64,000 bases of DNA from the NCBI GenBank assembly GCA_008632985.1, contig QPGO01000088.1:124001-188000 (forward strand), in the 5' to 3' direction. The stretch is from Psammoneis japonica. Taxonomy: Eukaryota. The notes beneath the pieces are model-generated. The model searched no databases and was not told the origin of the DNA. It worked only from the letters and a program-made list of their open reading frames with translations. Positions 24,030 to 35,818 of this stretch are shown piece after piece (position 1 is the stretch's first letter; each line of letters starts with the position of its first letter). The position numbers were made by a program, and so were the translations under genes.

Positions 24030-24872
24030 ATGACCAGTGACATCATGCAATTTGATGACACCTTCTGGCTGCAGACAACCGGAACGGCTGTGGGTACAAG
24101 CACCGCTTGCATGTGCGCCACACTGTACAAAGCGCTGCATGAATGGCAAGCAACAATGAAAAACTTCACCCCGAACCTCCTGTGCCATGGACGGTTCATT
24201 GATGACATGCTTGGAGCATGGACTGGAAACAGCGGAGACACCTGGGAAGCTTTCAAAAATGAGCTCAACAACTCAGGCCCCCTTCAATGGGTCACCTCCC
24301 CACTTTCCACCTCTGCAATCTTCCTGGACCTGGAAATGAAGATTGGAGAAGATGGATGCATTGTCACAAAAACGCGCCAAAAACCAATGAATCTTTTTTT
24401 GTGCACACCTTCCAGCTCCGCCCACCCACAAGGAGTCCTGAAGAGCATCATGCATGGAAACTTGCGATGGCTCTGGATGCAAAATTCTGACGCACGCGAT
24501 CACACCAACGCCGCAGAAAACTTTGCGAAGAGACTCGTCGCAAGAGGTCACAACCGAAACACCATCTGTCACCTCTTTGTGGAAGCTGCAGAGTGGACAG
24601 ATCAATGCCCTCAGCAACCAGACACCACGCCCACCGACAATTCGAGCTCAGCCCTGTTCTTCCACAGGGAATGCCACCCAAGAGGCACACCGCGAGCATC
24701 GATCCGACGCGCGTGCAATGATGCGCCAGCTCGGCACTCTGGCTTTGACAGATTCATGACAGCACACTCGCGACCACGAAATTTGAGAGATGCCTCAATG
24801 AAAACACGTCTCGATGAACCAGAAGGACACCAGGTCTCACAACACATTGAGCTGCTGTCGCCGGAGCTCTGA
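24030..24872 (+). pseudogene. Penelope-like reverse transcriptase, C-terminal half
   Basis: QTTGTAVGT, GRFIDD, FLDL, QKPMNLFL..SSAHP. Ends PEL* with no GIY-YIG domain. Confidence 0.85.
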
Positions 24873-25244
24873 GCCAACAACTTGCCAATTGTGGCAATGA
24901 CTCAACTCCGGCAAAAAACTCAAATGGGCTGCCTGCCGCGCCTGCAGCACTGCGGCTTGCGCCCACTTGAGTTTTTTTGAATTTAGGGTCACACAAAACC
25001 CCAATCACCAAACAACAGCAGGCTGGTCCATGCCATGCAGTCTTTGCCTCGCAGGCTCAGACCATCAACTGAGAAGACGACGCCCACTTTTTTCTCCACA
25101 ATGGAGTTTTGGGCAAAGACTGCGCGCGCACAGCGCGCATCGGCACGTTCCCAATGGCCCGTCATTTTTTAATGGCAAGTGAGGTCAGCTGCAACCTCAG
25201 CCGTTGAAAGCGCCGATCTCGACTTTTTCAGCTCACGAGAAAAA

Positions 25245-25306
25245 TGCCAACCGCGCTGATGAAGCGAAAGCGAAAGCTTGCATCGTCGAGCTTTGCAGGT
25301 TGGGCA
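25245..25306 (+). ncRNA. Hammerhead ribozyme-like motif (type I), copy 2
   Basis: CCAACCGCG-CUGAUGA-A-GC-GAAA-GC-GAAA-GCUUG-caucgu-CGAGC-UU-UGCAGGUUGG. Confidence 0.68.
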
Positions 25307-25365
25307 AGATGAAGTGGAGCCTTGTCAGTGCTGAAGGTGGTGTTCAGCACATTGGAGAACCCCAA

Positions 25366-25370
<5 letters not shown>

Positions 25371-25442
<72 letters not shown>

Positions 25443-25444
25443 NN
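25371..25444. repeat. (TG)36 microsatellite ending at an assembly gap (NN at 25443-25444)
   Basis: Read directly. Contiguity across the gap is not guaranteed. Confidence 0.95.
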
Positions 25445-26039
25445 TGGGGGACAGCACGGCGCTGTGTGAAAAATCAAAAGAAGACACAAAACATCAGCAG
25501 AAGATCCAACATCAAGAGGTTTTGAGAAAGGAAGTTGAAAAGGTTGTAAGAGACAACAAGACAGCGTGAGACAACTCCTTCATTGTCAGCACAAAGAAGC
25601 AGTTGTTGACATTGCATGTTTGCGCTGAAGGACTGTGCACAAAATTGGCCTGGAGAACCCACCAAAGGCAAGCCATGTGTCATGTGCTTGTTCACGTCAG
25701 CGTGCTCAAGTTGACCTTGATGCCAGCTTGCACTTGCTCAATGGCGCGCAGGTTCCTGGACAACAAGAACTTGGGCAGATCTGGCACAAATGATTTTCAG
25801 ATGGAAGCAGTTGACACCAGAGTGCAAACGAAACTTGCCAGACTTTTTACATTGGTGGTGCAGTGTGCTGTGCATTCAACAGCGCAGTTTCAACTCAATC
25901 ATCTGTCAAGCAACCACATTTGACAAGGCGCTTCTGTCCGCTGCCATTCCACATTGTCTTTGGAAATTCTTTTGCCGCTTTGAAATTGACTGCTTCCAGG
26001 TGTCTGTTGCACTCCAGTGCTTCTGACAATGTGTCTTTG

Positions 26040-26820
26040 TGATTGCATTAAAAAAGGATTCAACTGCCTTGATGGCCAGCAGCGCACAGGCTCCAACCGC
26101 CACCAGCATGCTGGCTCCCACTGCTGCCAGTGCTGCAGCAATGGTGCACAGGCACCTGCCACCACCAGTGTTGGCAGGAAGCACAAGGCTCCCGCCACCT
26201 CCAGTGCCTGTGCAGGCATCCCATCGCCACACCAGCACCACCTGCAGTTGCAACCAGGCTCCCACTGTCGCCAGTGCCAGCAAAAAAAGCCCCAACCATG
26301 CTTCAACCACCGCTGGTGCCAGCAGTGGACAAAAACAAAAAGGCTCCAATCACCTTGATTGCTGGCAGCAGCCCACACATTCTCCAACCAACTCAACCAG
26401 CGCTGGCAGCCATGCAGGTTCCCACTGTCACCAGTGCTGGCAGCCAGCAAAAAAGCCCCAACCACCACCAGTGCCAGCAGCACACAGAGGTGCCCACTGC
26501 CGCCAGACAAAAAGGCTCCAACTGCCTCGATTGTTGCTGGCAGTGGCCTGCACATGCTTCAACCACCTCGACCAGTGCCGCTGGCCATGCAGGTTCCCAC
26601 TGCCATGCAAGTGGTGCCACCAGTGCTGGTGGCAGAAACGCTTCAACCACCGCTGGTGCCAGCAGCAGACAAAGACAAAAAGGCTCCAACTGCCTTGATT
26701 GCTGGCAGCAGCCTGCACATGCTCCAACCAACTTGACCAGTGCCAGCAGCCACACAGGCCAAAAAGAATGCAAAACCACCTTGATTGATGGCAGCACACA
26801 GGCTCCAACCGCTGCCAGTG
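26040..26820. repeat. Degenerate tandem repeat region
   Basis: Recurring CCACCGCCAGTGC-like units; ~26300-26400 is repeated at ~26640-26740. Confidence 0.75.
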
Positions 26821-29793
26821 CATTTGGCTGGATCAACAACACAACTTTGACGTGGCACAGTTTCAAGTCAACAAGCCACTTTTTGTCCTTGTTCTCCATG
26901 CCGGCATGGGCAGAGGCACCACAATGTCAACAAAAGATTTTCACAATTCTTCATGTGTGCACTTGTGCCATTTTGATTGATGGCAAGCACAACTCACACG
27001 AAACGTCATGGGAGCTTTGTCACACTGACCACACCATCACCATTGTGCATGCCTGCAGAGTCATGCCATGTGCTGCACTGTCCACAAATCCATCAGCCGC
27101 ACCAACTGCACACCATCTCCCAATGGCATGGGTCAACTGATGAGATTGCAACATTTCCGAGACAAGCCAATTGGTGCCAACATGCAAAAGCTGCATCTCT
27201 CCATCATGCACCGTCGCTCTGTGTTGCAAAACGGCACACAAGTCATCAAACGATGTTCCGTCCTTCTTGAGAAGGTGATGCACCAGTGGTCAGCAGCCTT
27301 TTGTGCTCACAGCAGATGAAATGGGGCTCTGATGTGTTGTGCAGAAACAACGTCAACACAAACCACCGGGATGAGATGGACGCAACAAACTGATGATCAT
27401 GGCGATGGCCAGTCATTTTTAATCAGAATTTTGTGATTTCTGTGTGCATCCATGCTGCCCCCCATTTTCAAATGTCCAGGTCTCCATTGAGTTGTTGTCA
27501 TGTGTTCATTCCAACATCTGGGTCACTTTGGTGTTGCTGTTGACTCTTGCTGTGCTCGAGTCAAGTCAATCAAAATGCTCTGCCCACACCAGGTGGAAAA
27601 TTGCCCTCTGTGGTGGAGCAGAGTGGCAACCTTGGCATCACAGCTGCCAGCTGGTAGAGAGTGAGCACGCACACGTGCAACATCACCTGCCAGCAGTGGC
27701 AGGGGGGGGACAGATGCGGAGCAGGGGTGGAACTGAGTCATGTGGGCAGGGCAAGGGATGCATGGGAGTGCGGCTGGGGTTGGCAAGCTGGGGCTGTGAG
27801 AAGCAGGTGAGTTGGTCAGCAAGCTGCTGAAATGCAAAATTTGTGAGTCACAAATCAGTTTGCAAAGACAAACAGCAGCTCATTTTTTTTCACAATGAAA
27901 GCACCTGCAAGGTCTTGGAGCACTTCATTTTTCACTTCAAATGAGCAAGTGCTGCTGTTTTGACAATGGAAGGTCTGCAAGCAATGCAAAACAACAAACC
28001 AATCACATTGTTGTCATTGTGAAGAGCTGTGTGATGTTTTGTTTGTGAGGAATGGCAGTGTGATTGTCCAAAAAGGTCATTTTTGTTGAAATCTTTCAAT
28101 GCATTGGCAGGAGTTGCTGTCAAGAGATGGCAATTTTCTTTGAAAACAAGGACTTGAAGTGGAAAGACTGCCTGCACCTTCAACTGCACTGGAGGATGTT
28201 GCCTGCATGGCAAAGATGACTTTGGAGGGTGACAAGGGTCATTTCTCAACTCACTGTGCAGCGATTGTGCAGGGACTCAAATTTGTTGCAAATTTTGTGA
28301 TGTTGCAAATCTTTTGATTGGCAGCAAGTGTGTTGCATTGAGAAAAAACAGGCCTGCTGGGAGCGTTGACCACTTGTCTTTCTTTGTGGGAGCGCGCCAT
28401 TGTTGCTGCATTGCCTGCACATGTGCAGGGCCCTGCCACCGGGGCTGGCATTGTGGCAGCAGGGTGGCAGGGCCACCACACCGGCGACACAGATGACCAT
28501 CACATTTGATGGCTCACACCATTTTTGGGGCTGTGACAAGGTGTGGACACTCTTTTTCTTAATTTGCTGCCAAATCAGCACATCTCACAAACCACTGTGA
28601 CTCATTTTTCAACATGTTTTTTCCAGTGTGACTGTTTCACGCACAATTCACGACAAATTCTCTTTGTCCAAAGCTCAGTGCATTTTTTAACCCTTCAACC
28701 ACCAAGGAGTAAATCTCCATGGGTGGAGATTTGCTCTGCTTGTGGATTTGTGACGTGTCGTGCACTTTTGCAACAACACAATGTGCGTGGCATAAAAATG
28801 TCACACAGCGTAGAATCTGCGCGAAGTGTGCCACGTGCATTTGCTTGTTGGGAGCAAATCTCCACCGGCGGAGATTTGCTCCAAGGGTGTGGCATTGTCG
28901 CTCTGTTTGTGACAGCAATTCATGACAACCTGCATTGTCACAGGTTGAGATTTGGTTCCTCTCCATTCACAGATGAAGCTTGTAAAAAACCCGGTGTTAA
29001 AAGTTGACATTGAAATTTCTAAATTGCAAAAAGGGTTCCCCCAGATTGTTGGTGAATGCGTGTTCCAAAACAAAATCGCGAGAATGAAACATCACTCATG
29101 TCTGAAATTGCTCATTTTGCTGTGTTTGTGATGTGAGGGAGCAAGCTCAAGTCCGGTGGTTGAAGGGTTAACATGCCATGCCAGAAATCTCAGTTTTGCA
29201 GCATTTTCAAGCTTTTCTGAAAAACAGTTCCATGCACCTGTTGCAGGGAATTTGTTGATTTTTTGGGGAAGTCCCCAAGACCTCTGAAAGTCCTCAATGA
29301 TCATTCTCTGAATCTGAGTGATTCATTTGCACTGAACAGCACATGCTGTTCCAAAATCTGAGGGGCACACTTCCAAATGGCAATGGACCAACACCCCAAC
29401 CAACCAACTGCCCAGCTGCTTGATGAATGTGAAAAAGTCTGCAATCACCAACCACTGAGTGGTCAATGAAAACCAGTTCACAGTTCAGGCATCCACATTG
29501 GTCACAAGTTCCAGCCCCAAGTGCAAACATCATCATGGCACCTGCTGGAGTTTTTTTAGAGTTGTGCCAAACCCCAACCCTGTTTTTTACACGTGGTTGG
29601 TCTTTTTGGTCTTCAGCAGGCATTCACAACACGCCATTGAAAATGCCAATGCCCGCTTTTTCTCCACTGGAGTTTTGGGCTGAAGACATGAGCGCTTCAC
29701 GTGCATCGGCACTTTCAATGGTCACAGCCAAGCTGCAACAGCAATGACCATTAAAAGTGGCCGATCTTTGTCTTTCCAGCTCACAAGAAAACA

Positions 29794-29855
29794 TGCCAAC
29801 CACACTGATGAAGCAAAAGCTAAAGCTCACATTGTCAAGCTTTGCAGGTTTGGCA
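29794..29855 (+). ncRNA. Hammerhead-like motif, copy 3 (core damaged)
   Basis: CUGAUGA-A-GC-AAAA-GC-UAAA; homologous to copies 1 and 2. Confidence 0.45.
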
Positions 29856-29932
29856 AGACTGATCTGAATTCTTGTCAGCGCCAAAGGCACTCTGTGCATT
29901 TGAGAACCCCAATGGCAGTGTACAACCAAACA

Positions 29933-31026
29933 ATGATGACAAATGCCAGTGCTTCCAATCAAATCATGCCAATGAGGAACAACAAAAATGCAGCATCACA
30001 AACTGTGACTTTCGCTGAGCCCAACTCAACTGCAAATGCAGCTGAGAGGCACCCACCAAAGGCACCCAAGCAATGCAAAATTGATGAACTCGAACCATGA
30101 CGGAACCTGATTGAGAAACAGCCAACAGGACTTGGGGATGCCTTCAAGTCCTCAGTGACTTGAATGATTGTGCAATCGACCCAGGCACAACTGAGGGAGA
30201 AAAGCGCACAAGCCTTCACCGGCAATCATGTGATCCTCCTTTTGTCCCCCGCAGCTTGAGACTCAATGTTGAACTTAAGCACAGCAACAAGCTTAAAGAC
30301 AGTGCAGAAGCAGCCAAGCTTGCAAGCGATTTCAAAGAGATGGCATCCGATTTCCAAGAAAAAGGCACCAAACTCATGCACAAGATGGCTGAACGAGAGC
30401 TCGAGTGTGTGAAAGCCAAAAGAGTTGCTGCATTTGTCAACGCGTGTGTCAACCTCTTTGAATGTCATGTGTTCCATTGCATCACACATGGAAAAGGAGA
30501 GACCAAGCATTCATGCAGGCACCTGGGAGTGCTCTGCCTGTTGAAACATGCCAAGAAACACATTGCTGCTACGTTCTGTGCGACACACCTGCAAGTCAAG
30601 CAGGACGTCATCATTGCCAAGATCATCGCGCAAATGAACTTGGTGTTGGAAGACAACCCTGCCAACACCCAAGATGACACAACAGAAAATCAACATCGCC
30701 TCACGGACAGCAAAACCAAGATCTACAATCATGCAGTCATGCGGCTTCAATGCAAAAATGCCTTTGAGGAAGCCACAATGATGTCACAAAACAAAATTAA
30801 CTGCAACAATGAACTTTCCCAAGCGAGCACCCAAGTTGCAGCCAGATGGAATGCTTGGAACAAAAAAGCCGCAGCAGAAGCACCATCAACTGCACTGGAA
30901 GATGAGCCAGCAGTGAGCCCAGCTGTTCTTAAACAGCTTGTGGCCAAACAAATTGAGCTCAAAGTGCCTGGCATGGCCAAACAAGCAGCAAAAATGCTTG
31001 AACAGCAACAATCTCAAAAGAAATGA
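29933..31026 (+). pseudogene. ORF1 remnant of the Penelope-like element
   Basis: Long helical-looking reading frame between the 5' repeat and the RT; interrupted near its start. Function not recognised. Confidence 0.5.
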
Positions 31027-31299
31027 AAAAACTGCATGGGCAACCGGAAAGCCCCACCGGCAAAAAAATGTGCCACAACAAAGGCAAGAAAAGGGCCGCC
31101 ACAGAAAAAACAGGAAACAAGCCCCAACCCAAAGCCATCCAGAACCAAGGAAAAGGAAAAGGCAATCGCAGCGCACAGTGCAAAGGTGGGCAAAAAGGCT
31201 CCAAAAACAAGATGAGGTGCAGGCAGCAAAACTGGCATGCCTCACCACCAAGGAGCCCGTCAAAACCGCAAACCGTCAAGCCAACAATTTTTGCCAAAG

Positions 31300-34200
31300 G
31301 ATCGGTGGGTTCATGCCAAACCCAAACAAAACCCCATGGCAGAATGCAGTCACTGTCCTTGGCAACACCCCCGCAGTGCAACACTTCAGTCGGCCAAACA
31401 ACCTCACCTTCCACAACCTGTGCACTGCTCTTGAGCCACCTCCTGGACTTGTCACATTGCTTGGACTCAGCCACAAGTTCTGCACCCAACAACCAAAGCC
31501 TCTGCCCCACAACAGGCCTGGAATTGAGCGACTCTGTTGCTCAACCCATCTCTGTCATTTCACAAACAACATGAGCAACCTCCTTGAAACTGACTGCATC
31601 CCCGGCTTGCACGTGCAATTGGAATGGGACCCACCAAAAATTAAGGACAGAGACCTGGAATTGTGGATGATGGACTTTGCAAACTGCGCCAACAAACTCT
31701 GCCAGCAAGCAGCAGTGAAACGCCCAAGGTGCAATCTGTCACCTCACCAATGCCAACTTCTCCGCCACCTGAAAGAGGACAACTGGTTTGTTGTTTGCAT
31801 GAGTGACAAAAACCTGGGGCCAGCAATTGTCGAATGCAAAACCTGCATGAAACAAGCCCTCCAAGACCACTTGCTCAACCAACACAGCTGCCAATGGCTG
31901 TCAATGCAGGAGAAAAAGGAACTCCCACAAGACACCAAACAACAGCTCATGGATGCATGTGATGAAGTCAAGCTGATGTCAAGCTCTGCCAAGCAAACAC
32001 ATTTCAAACTTGTTTCAAATGCAGCTTCAATCTGCCGCACCGCACCCTGCAATTCTGTGTCACAATCAAGGTCCAAAAATCCCCATGGAAAACAAGACCA
32101 ATGGCAAGTTGCATCGGAAGCTTTAACAAGATTTTCTCAAATTGGTTGGACAAAAAAATGAAAGTGCTCCTTGCTCTTTCCCACTCCTGCATCTGCGATT
32201 CTTGTCAAGTGCTCAAGGATCTACGAGCATTGGAAAACTTGGTTTGGTTTTGCCGTGTTTTTGAACAGAACCCCCCGGGATCACCACCTTTCACCCTGTT
32301 TTTTTACGGAAAGGGTGTTTTCCCGGGGAATTGCCACGAATTACCCTTCGTTGTACAAATGCTTGATGCACGAATAAAAAATTATCCATCGGCAATTCCC
32401 CGTGCTTCCCCGTCGCCCGCAGATGTTGCACTTGCAGCACTCGACAGCTCGGAGCACCGTTCACTCAACACAATGACAGCTGCTGCAGCTTCTCTGCAGC
32501 TGCAGCACCTTCTTTTGTTGCCGCACCACGTTGATGCAGCATCTGTTTGCTGTCACGTTGATGGCACATCTTTCTTTTTGATGCCACGCATCCGGTGTGT
32601 TGTTTCATTGAGATGTGCGTCTGACGTCTTTTTGCTCACACTTCGTGTGCTCACCCGTGTCTTTTCACTCAGTTTCGCACACCATCATCTTTGTCACTCA
32701 CATTGCATGGGTTCACTTCCTCTCAAAAAATGCATGTTGGCACATGAGTGACGAAGAGCAGGAGGATGATGCTTGCATGAGTGTCGACAGTGATGTCACT
32801 GCTGTCGCTGAGGAAGAGGAGCTCTCAGAAATCACGAGCATCTGGGACGATGAGTTTGCATCCAAGGATGCAGGCAGCTGGACATGTGGTGTGTCCTTGG
32901 AATGCCTCCAGATTATGATGGCGTTGATGATGCAGCGTTGGAGCCATGGATGATCAATGGATGCTTGGCTGAGATGACCCAACAAACCAAGCAGCCAGCC
33001 TTTGTCAATGTGGAGCTTTTGGAGATGGAGAACAGCAGTGGAATCAACAGCAGTGGCAGCAGCGAAGTAGATTGATTTAAAGTGCAATTGCAACAGTCTA
33101 GAGTGCCGTGTGAATGACATTTTCTGCTCCACTCTGCTGGAGCTGCTGCCAGCCAGCTGGCAGTGTGCAAGTTCTGTCTGTCTGCCGCACAAGATAAAAA
33201 AGCACATGAGCCTAAGCCAAATCAATCCAGAATTGCCGCTTTCCACTCGTTTTTTGTTCCCCTCCCCTGACCTCTTTCAGACGTTCCTTCCCGCAAAATT
33301 ACCCTCATTTCCCGGGATTGCCCCGAAAGAGAAAGGCAACACCCCATTGCCCTGGCCATTTTGGGGAATCCCCAAACGGGTGAAACCAAACTGGGTTGGA
33401 AAACCCACCCAAGGATGCAAAGCTGCCTCTTTGCTGTTGATGCTGTCAGCATGCACTCACACATTGACACAAACCATGCACTGGAAGTCTTCAAGAACTG
33501 GTTCACTGACTGTTCTGATGAAACACCAGCAGACTTCCCTGTGCAGCTCTTTCTTTCAGCCCTCTCAATCATTGTGACATGGAACACTCTCCAGTTTGAT
33601 GGCACATTTTGGCTGCAAACCCGCAGAACTGCTGTGGGCACTGGCACATCATGCATGCACGCAATGCTGCACAAGGCCTTTCACAAATGCCAAGTGCTGA
33701 AAACCTGCTTTGCCACAAACTCACAGTGCTGTGGCCCATTCATTGACGACATCTTGGGGATGTGGGCCGGAAATCCCGACTCAACATGGACAGAATTTAA
33801 AACAGAAATGAACAACTCTGCCCACCTTGAATGGGAAACTTCGCCACTGTCCAATGCAGCCACATTCCTGGATTTGGAAATCCAAATTGGAGCTGATGGT
33901 GGGATCATCACTCGCACGTGTCAAAAACCCATGAATCTCTTCCTGTGCATGCCACCAACATCTGCTCACACACCCGGAGTGCCAAAGAGCATTGTGTGTG
34001 GAAACTTGCAATGGTTCTGGCTGCAGAATTCAAATGCACATGACTTCATAAAAGTCACCAAAAACTTTGCAGACTGTCTTGCTGACCAAAGACATGATCG
34101 GGGCATGCTTTGCAAGCTGTTTGTGGAAGCCGCTCGCCATCTCAACAGCCCCTGCCAGCACCCCAGCTCCAACAATGCCGCAAACTCAAGCACTGCCCTG

Positions 34201-34416
34201 TTCTTCCATGGCAAATTCCACCCCCGTGGGGCACCCCGCGCCTCTGTTTGACGGACCTGTGAAGACACATTGGATGGGCACACTGGTTTCAACCATCTTG
34301 CACTCACTTGCTCGCAACCTCAAAACTTGAGAGACGCTTTGGTGTAAACTCAAATGCAAGAGCCAGAGGACAAGTGTACATCCAACTGCATTGAGCAACT
34401 GGAGCCGGAGCTCTGA
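31300..34416 (+). pseudogene. Penelope-like reverse transcriptase, interrupted by the insertion at 32238-33395
   Basis: LLGLSHKFC, SDKNLGPAIV, KxQKSPWKTRP, LFAVDAVSMH, TAVGT, FIDD, FLDL, QKPMNL. Ends PEL* like the copy at 24872. Confidence 0.85.
32238..33395. mobile_element. Non-autonomous TIR DNA transposon (possibly hAT-like), 1158 bp
   Basis: 8-bp TSD TTGGAAAA at 32230-32237 and 33396-33403; TIRs CTTGGTTTGGTTTTGCC and reverse complement CCCAGTTTGGTTTCACC; it splits the RT. Confidence 0.8.
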
Positions 34417-34662
34417 GTTGGCAACTCCATCGTGACGACACCCTGACCCCACTTTTTACACGTGGTTGGTCTTTTTAGTCTTCAGCAGGCATTCACAATG
34501 CACCATTGAAAATGCCAATGCCCGCTTTTTCTCCACTGGAGTTTTGGGCTGAAGACATGTGTGCTTCGCACACATTGGCACTTTCAATGGTCACAGCCAA
34601 GCTGCAATGGCAACAACCATTAAAAACGGCCGATCTCAATCTTTTCAGCTCATGAGAAAACA

Positions 34663-34724
34663 TGCCAACCAAACTGATGAAGCAAAAGCAAAAGCTTGCA
34701 TCACAAAGCTTTGTGGGTTTGGCA
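34663..34724 (+). ncRNA. Hammerhead-like motif, copy 4 (core damaged)
   Basis: CUGAUGA-A-GC-AAAA-GC-AAAA-GCUUG...AAGC-UU; the conserved G was lost, consistent with CpG>CpA. Confidence 0.45.
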
Positions 34725-35525
34725 AGACTGTTCCAAAGTCTTGCCAGTGCCTCAGGCACTCTGCACATTCAAGAACCCCAACAGCAGAAAGTGCACAATG
34801 TCAGAGAGACAGGCTCCATGAGGGTTGTGCATTAATCTGCAGGGTTTCCATTCCTCAAATGAGGGGCAACCCTCATCAAATGTGACGAACTTGCATGATT
34901 CTCACACCACCCCTCATGACTCCAGTGGCACTTGCATGACTCCTGCAATCAGGTCCAACTTAATTGATGCTCTCTGGTTTTAATTTGTCTTTTTCCACAT
35001 GCAACAGACATGCTCACCCAATGTTTCTCAGTGGTCTTCCCTTCCATGTGTTCTCTGCATGGACTCCCCACACCAATTCACCTGCTCTGTTTGTGTGATG
35101 CTCTTTTTTTGGCCATTTGCCACCTCTTTTTTCTCCACATTGAAGCCAATTTCCAACTGCAAAAATTTCAACCTGCACCTTTTAACCATGTCAACATGCC
35201 ATTCAACACACCATTCTGTTTTTTTCCGAAATTTTTGTTTGTTCAGTTGGATCATCGCAACAAAATTTTGTTCACAATTTTTTGCTTTTTGCACTGTCTG
35301 GCTTCATTTTGCAATGCAAACAACACATCTTCACTGCCCCCATGGGTTGCCGTTCCTCCCACCTTCAAAGGCAAGGCGGGGTTTCCACCACTCTTGTCCA
35401 TCAAGGAAGCAGCTTCAGCATGCAGCCAAGGATGGGAAGGGAGAAAGCCAGCTCAAGAACCATCCCTGTCTGCTCTCTTTTGTGCAATGCTGCCTCATGT
35501 GGATGACACCAGAGATGACCAACAT

Positions 35526-35818
35526 GCTGCCAGGGTTCATCCCATGGCACCTGTTCCTGCAAGGGGTGCAGCCAGTTGTCCTGTGTTGTTTGATGGCTTT
35601 TTCAACGTTGCTGCCAGGGTTCATCCCATGGCCCCCATTTTGGGGGGGTGCAGCAATGTCAGTGGATGCTCCCTGCAATGATTTTGTCAGTGTGCACCCC
35701 CAGCTCCCTTCTCATTTTGGAGGCACAGCTGTCAGATCCTGCTTTTTGGGCTTGCAAGCCAGAGAGCATGCTGCCAGGGTTCATCCCATGACCCCCCACC
35801 TTTGGCAGGGGTGCAGCT
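35526..35818. repeat. Three copies of TGCTGCCAGGGTTCATCCCATG...GGGGTGCAGC
   Basis: Copies start near 35526, 35609 and 35769. Confidence 0.85.

Larger units (their letters stand above)
23608..25373 (+). mobile_element. 5'-truncated Penelope-like element flanked by ~410-bp inverted terminal repeats (23608-24016 / 24960-25373)
   Basis: The arms are reverse complements (GCCCATTTGAGTTTTTTTGAATTTAGGGTCACAC...), enclose an RT fragment, and resemble the direct repeats at 29571 and 34440. Confidence 0.8.
29571..34787 (+). mobile_element. Near full-length endonuclease-less Penelope-like element with 348-bp direct terminal repeats (29571-29918 / 34440-34787)
   Basis: Direct repeats at constant offset 4869, enclosing an ORF1 remnant and an RT; hammerhead-like motif in each repeat. 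Confidence 0.82.

Noticed and set aside
25371..25442. (TG)36 as a converted (TA)n tract
   Set aside because: Two-strand conversion should give mixed TG/CA; a pure TG run fits an ordinary microsatellite.
35526..35818. CRISPR array
   Set aside because: Only three irregularly spaced copies, eukaryotic context, no cas genes. The same applies to 26040-26820.
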